This document shows, piece after piece, positions 61,076 through 64,000 of a stretch of DNA of 64,000 nt; position 1 is the first letter of the stretch, and the number at the start of each line of letters is the position of its first letter. The notes under the pieces are model-generated. The model made no database searches. It had not been told where the DNA came from and worked only from the letters and a program-made list of their open reading frames with translations. This DNA is from Eledone cirrhosa (Eukaryota): positions 102,734,001 through 102,798,000 of the forward strand of contig OZ024741.1 in the NCBI GenBank assembly GCA_964016885.1, given 5' to 3'. Both the position numbers and the translations under genes were made by a program.

Positions 61076-61552
61076 GCATTTATCTTGCTTTATGTTCATA
61101 CGAGTTATCACCAAGTTACAACCAGTGACCTCAAGAGACAACAAGGTCCGCCATGTTCAAGAAAGAACATACATACACACACATATATCTTTAGGTGTTT
61201 AGACTTGTGATGTATTTATATTGACAGAATCTTCCTTAGTATATGGGCAGTTCCCATTAGTACTATCTTTTGTATTTCTCCTATACGCGGGTTTCCTGGG
61301 ATTTGCGATAAGTAATCATTAGACCCCTTAGGTATCATTCCTAGAGCGCCTACAACCACGGGTATTGTTTTAGTTCTCAATTTCCACATTTTTCCAATTT
61401 CTATCTCCAGGTCCTTATACTTGCTCAATTTTTCAAATGTTTTTATAGATACATTCTTGTCTATTGGAACAGACATATCAATTAGCAGGCATAACCTCTT
61501 TTTAAAGTCATTCAGTATTATATCAGGTCTATTTGCATCTATGTTTCGGTTA
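61076..61552 (-). mobile_element. R4/Dong-like family A 3' fragment
   Basis: NRPDIIL..LIDMSVP..KLSKYKDL..HILRKILSI and UTR, nearly identical to 50851-51290. Confidence 0.88.
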
Positions 61553-61735
61553 TTGGATTGGCTGTATCGGTAGAGGGTCGGACGCCATGCTTTGACGCAA
61601 AGAGTTACAGCCCTTTCCATTCTGAGTTCAAATCCCGCCGAAGTTGACTTTGCCTTTCATCCTTACGGGGTCGATAAAATAAAGTACCAGTAATACACTG
61701 GGTATTTGCTGGCCTTGTGCCAAAAGTAGAAACTA
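61553..61735 (+). mobile_element. tRNA-derived SINE (same family)
   Basis: tggattggctgtatcggtagagggtcggacgcc..gagttcaaatccc..Meta-like core..gtagaaactattatt. Confidence 0.9.
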
Positions 61736-61747
61736 TTATTATTATTG

Positions 61748-62663
61748 TTCTTTGAGTCTCAGTCATTGATGTTAGTTAACTGTAAAGTTTGTTGAAATGA
61801 ATATCAAGCCACTACCTGCAGCCTCAGATATTCAGGACGTATCGGAGGGTTCTTGCTGTTCCCAGCAAGCATGCCTTTTGAAGCGTTCCAAAAAGCGTGG
61901 CGGGGCCAATTTTCTTTAACCATCCCTGGAAAACTTTTGAGATAGTACCTAGTGCGCCTATGACAATCGGGACCACTTTGACTTCATGGCAGTTCCAAAT
62001 CCTTTTTACCTCCAACTTTAAGTCCTGGTATCGGTTAATTTTCTCCCTCTCCTTCTCTTGCACTCTCGTGTCGAATGGGCAGGCCACATCCACAATCAGG
62101 CACGATCTTTTTCCTTGTCCAAAACCACCAGGTCGGGTCTATTGTATTCCAGTTTCTTGTCCGTCTGTATCCTAAAATCCCACAGCACATTCATCTGATC
62201 GTTTTCTATCACCGACTCTGGCTTATGCTCATACCACTTCCCAGAATGTGGTAAATTGTTTACTTTGCATAGGTGCCAGTGGATCACCCTGCCCATCACA
62301 TCATGTCTCCAGCCTTTATAGTGAGTCTGGGCTAGGTGTTTACACTCGGATACAATGTGAGCCACAGTCTCCTCTCTCTCTCCACAGATCATGTACAGTG
62401 GGCTAGCCTCCTCCTTGTAAAGATGGTGTTTCAACCACTTAGTTTTGAGGGCCTGCTCTTGCGCAACCATTAGCATTCCTTCTGTAGCCTTTTTAAGGTC
62501 TCCTCTTTTCAACCAGTTCCATGTCTGTGGATCTCTGAATTCAGTTTTCTCAAGGAAAGTACTACGAAGGGATTTTTCAAGAAGGCTGCTCTTTCTCCTT
62601 GTTGTTATTTCCTCTTGGACATCCCCTGGTCTATTCTCCTCTTCTTCAGTACAATTCTGAGCA
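61748..62663 (-). mobile_element. R4/Dong-like family B 3' fragment with 3' UTR, bounded by (TAA)n
   Basis: TEGMLMVAQEQAL..ETVAHIVSEC..RHD..RPD..DVACP..RYVLNI; highly similar to 54092-54900. Confidence 0.88.
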
Positions 62664-62680
62664 TTATTATTATTATTATT

Positions 62681-64000
62681 GGCGAACCACGTAGTAAATC
62701 GTATCCTCGTGAGCTCCGCAAAGGTTTGTTGTTTTCCTTTGTTAAAAATTGCCATTTATGGAAACTTGTTATTGTTAACTGTATATAAGCGCACATACAT
62801 TGTTTTCCAAAAAGGACACTCAAAAAGATTGCCTTGAGCCAAAAATTTAAACTTTTATAATTAGCAAACAAAAGTTTTTCTTTGAAACATCATGGCTGAC
62901 TCAGATTCACTCCTTTCTCACAAACTAACACCTCACACCGACACCACCATTGTAAATATTACTACGTTTGCCAACACTAAAGATATAAGCAGTAGCAATA
63001 TTTTAAATTTGTCTCAGGCAGACATTCATTTCTCGCCATTACCAATGACTGCAGGTTTTAAAGCCGCCACCACCACAACAACCACCACCGCGACAACAGA
63101 AACAAAAGAAAAAAATAAATTAACTCGTGATATCGAAATGAATTCAACCAAAATGAACTCTTCCACACCGAACACCACTGACGCCACCACCACCACAACT
63201 GAAACTAAAATTAATAATAACAAAAATAACGATAACAATAACAGCAACAATGACATTAAAAAACCACCCTGAGTTTTGCCAGAGTAGCAAAAAAATGCGA
63301 AGCATTCCAGGTAACTCAGGAGGAATTAGAAGACGCCAAAAAAATGGTAAAGAAAGACGGGTACAGGGTCAGCCATACGCCCCCCCCCCCAACCGATTAA
63401 AATAGAGCATCGGCGCCTATGCACCGTGTCTTATCGAACAATTAGTATAAAATCGCGCCGAGTGGAACGGGGGCATCCGAGTCCCAAGTCCAAAAAGCTT
63501 TGGGACATGTGTGGGCAAAAAAAACCCACACCAGACGTGGGCAGAAGTATGGAACCGTGGACGTGTTCTTTGAAACGCCACAGGAGGCTAGAGAACACTC
63601 CATGGCCCCATTAAGAAGTGACGACTTCACACTCGTCCCAAGCTATTGTGGCCAGAGACTCGTAAAGATCAGGGTGACCCACGTTCCACCGGCCATCGAA
63701 ATTCCATGGCTAATAGCTGTCGTCCTCGCCGGCATCTAAGCCAACACCAAGATAATAGAAATAGCTAAATAAAAGCAGAACTGGTCCGGATCTGGGATGG
63801 AGCTCCTGATCCAAGCGGACCAAAAAAGCATTGAGTAGATCCCAGAGGTAATAGACCTCACTGACGGCAGCCACCTAACCGTAATTGTCGAGGGCAGAAG
63901 GCCTAGGTGTGTCGTTTGTGGTGAAGGAACCCACCTAAGGGCTTTCTGTCCTCAGGCTAAAAGGATGAGACCACCTCTCCTACCCACCCCAGTGACTCAA
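62681..64000 (+). mobile_element. 5' part (UTR and decayed ORF1) of a further Tx1/L1-like LINE after (ATT)n; continues past the window
   Basis: ORF1 start at 62892 with Thr/Asn-rich N-terminus, GQKYGTVDVFF and CVVCGEGTHLRAFCP knuckle at ~63908-63952, homologous to the ORF1s at 23.5 kb and 55.8 kb. Confidence 0.8.

Overview
AT-rich eukaryotic (animal) DNA with no recognisable host gene. The very heavy microsatellite load and the SINE/LINE families suggest a cephalopod such as Octopus (inference). Nearly all identifiable sequence is retroelement-derived: nested CR1 fragments; one intact RTE LINE (APE-RT ORF of about 1182 aa ending in three C2H2 fingers); decayed RTE copies; several Tx1/L1-like LINEs sitting in (TATC)n or (ATT)n repeats; R4/Dong-like RLE LINE fragments in (TAA)n; a decayed Naiad-like Penelope element; two GIY-YIG-only Penelope pieces; a small non-autonomous LTR element with a tRNA-Trp PBS; and tRNA-derived SINEs. 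The most striking pattern is a set of mostly (TA)n-flanked inserts that are fold-backs (about 40 bp to 2.7 kb) and/or carry hammerhead ribozyme motifs, including a U3-A8 core variant. Together with the GIY-YIG-only elements they look like a Penelope-dependent, ribozyme-bearing, palindrome-forming non-autonomous system. Most short ORFs in the track are microsatellite translations. Coordinates were read by eye and may be off by a few bases; no database searches or folding computations were run.
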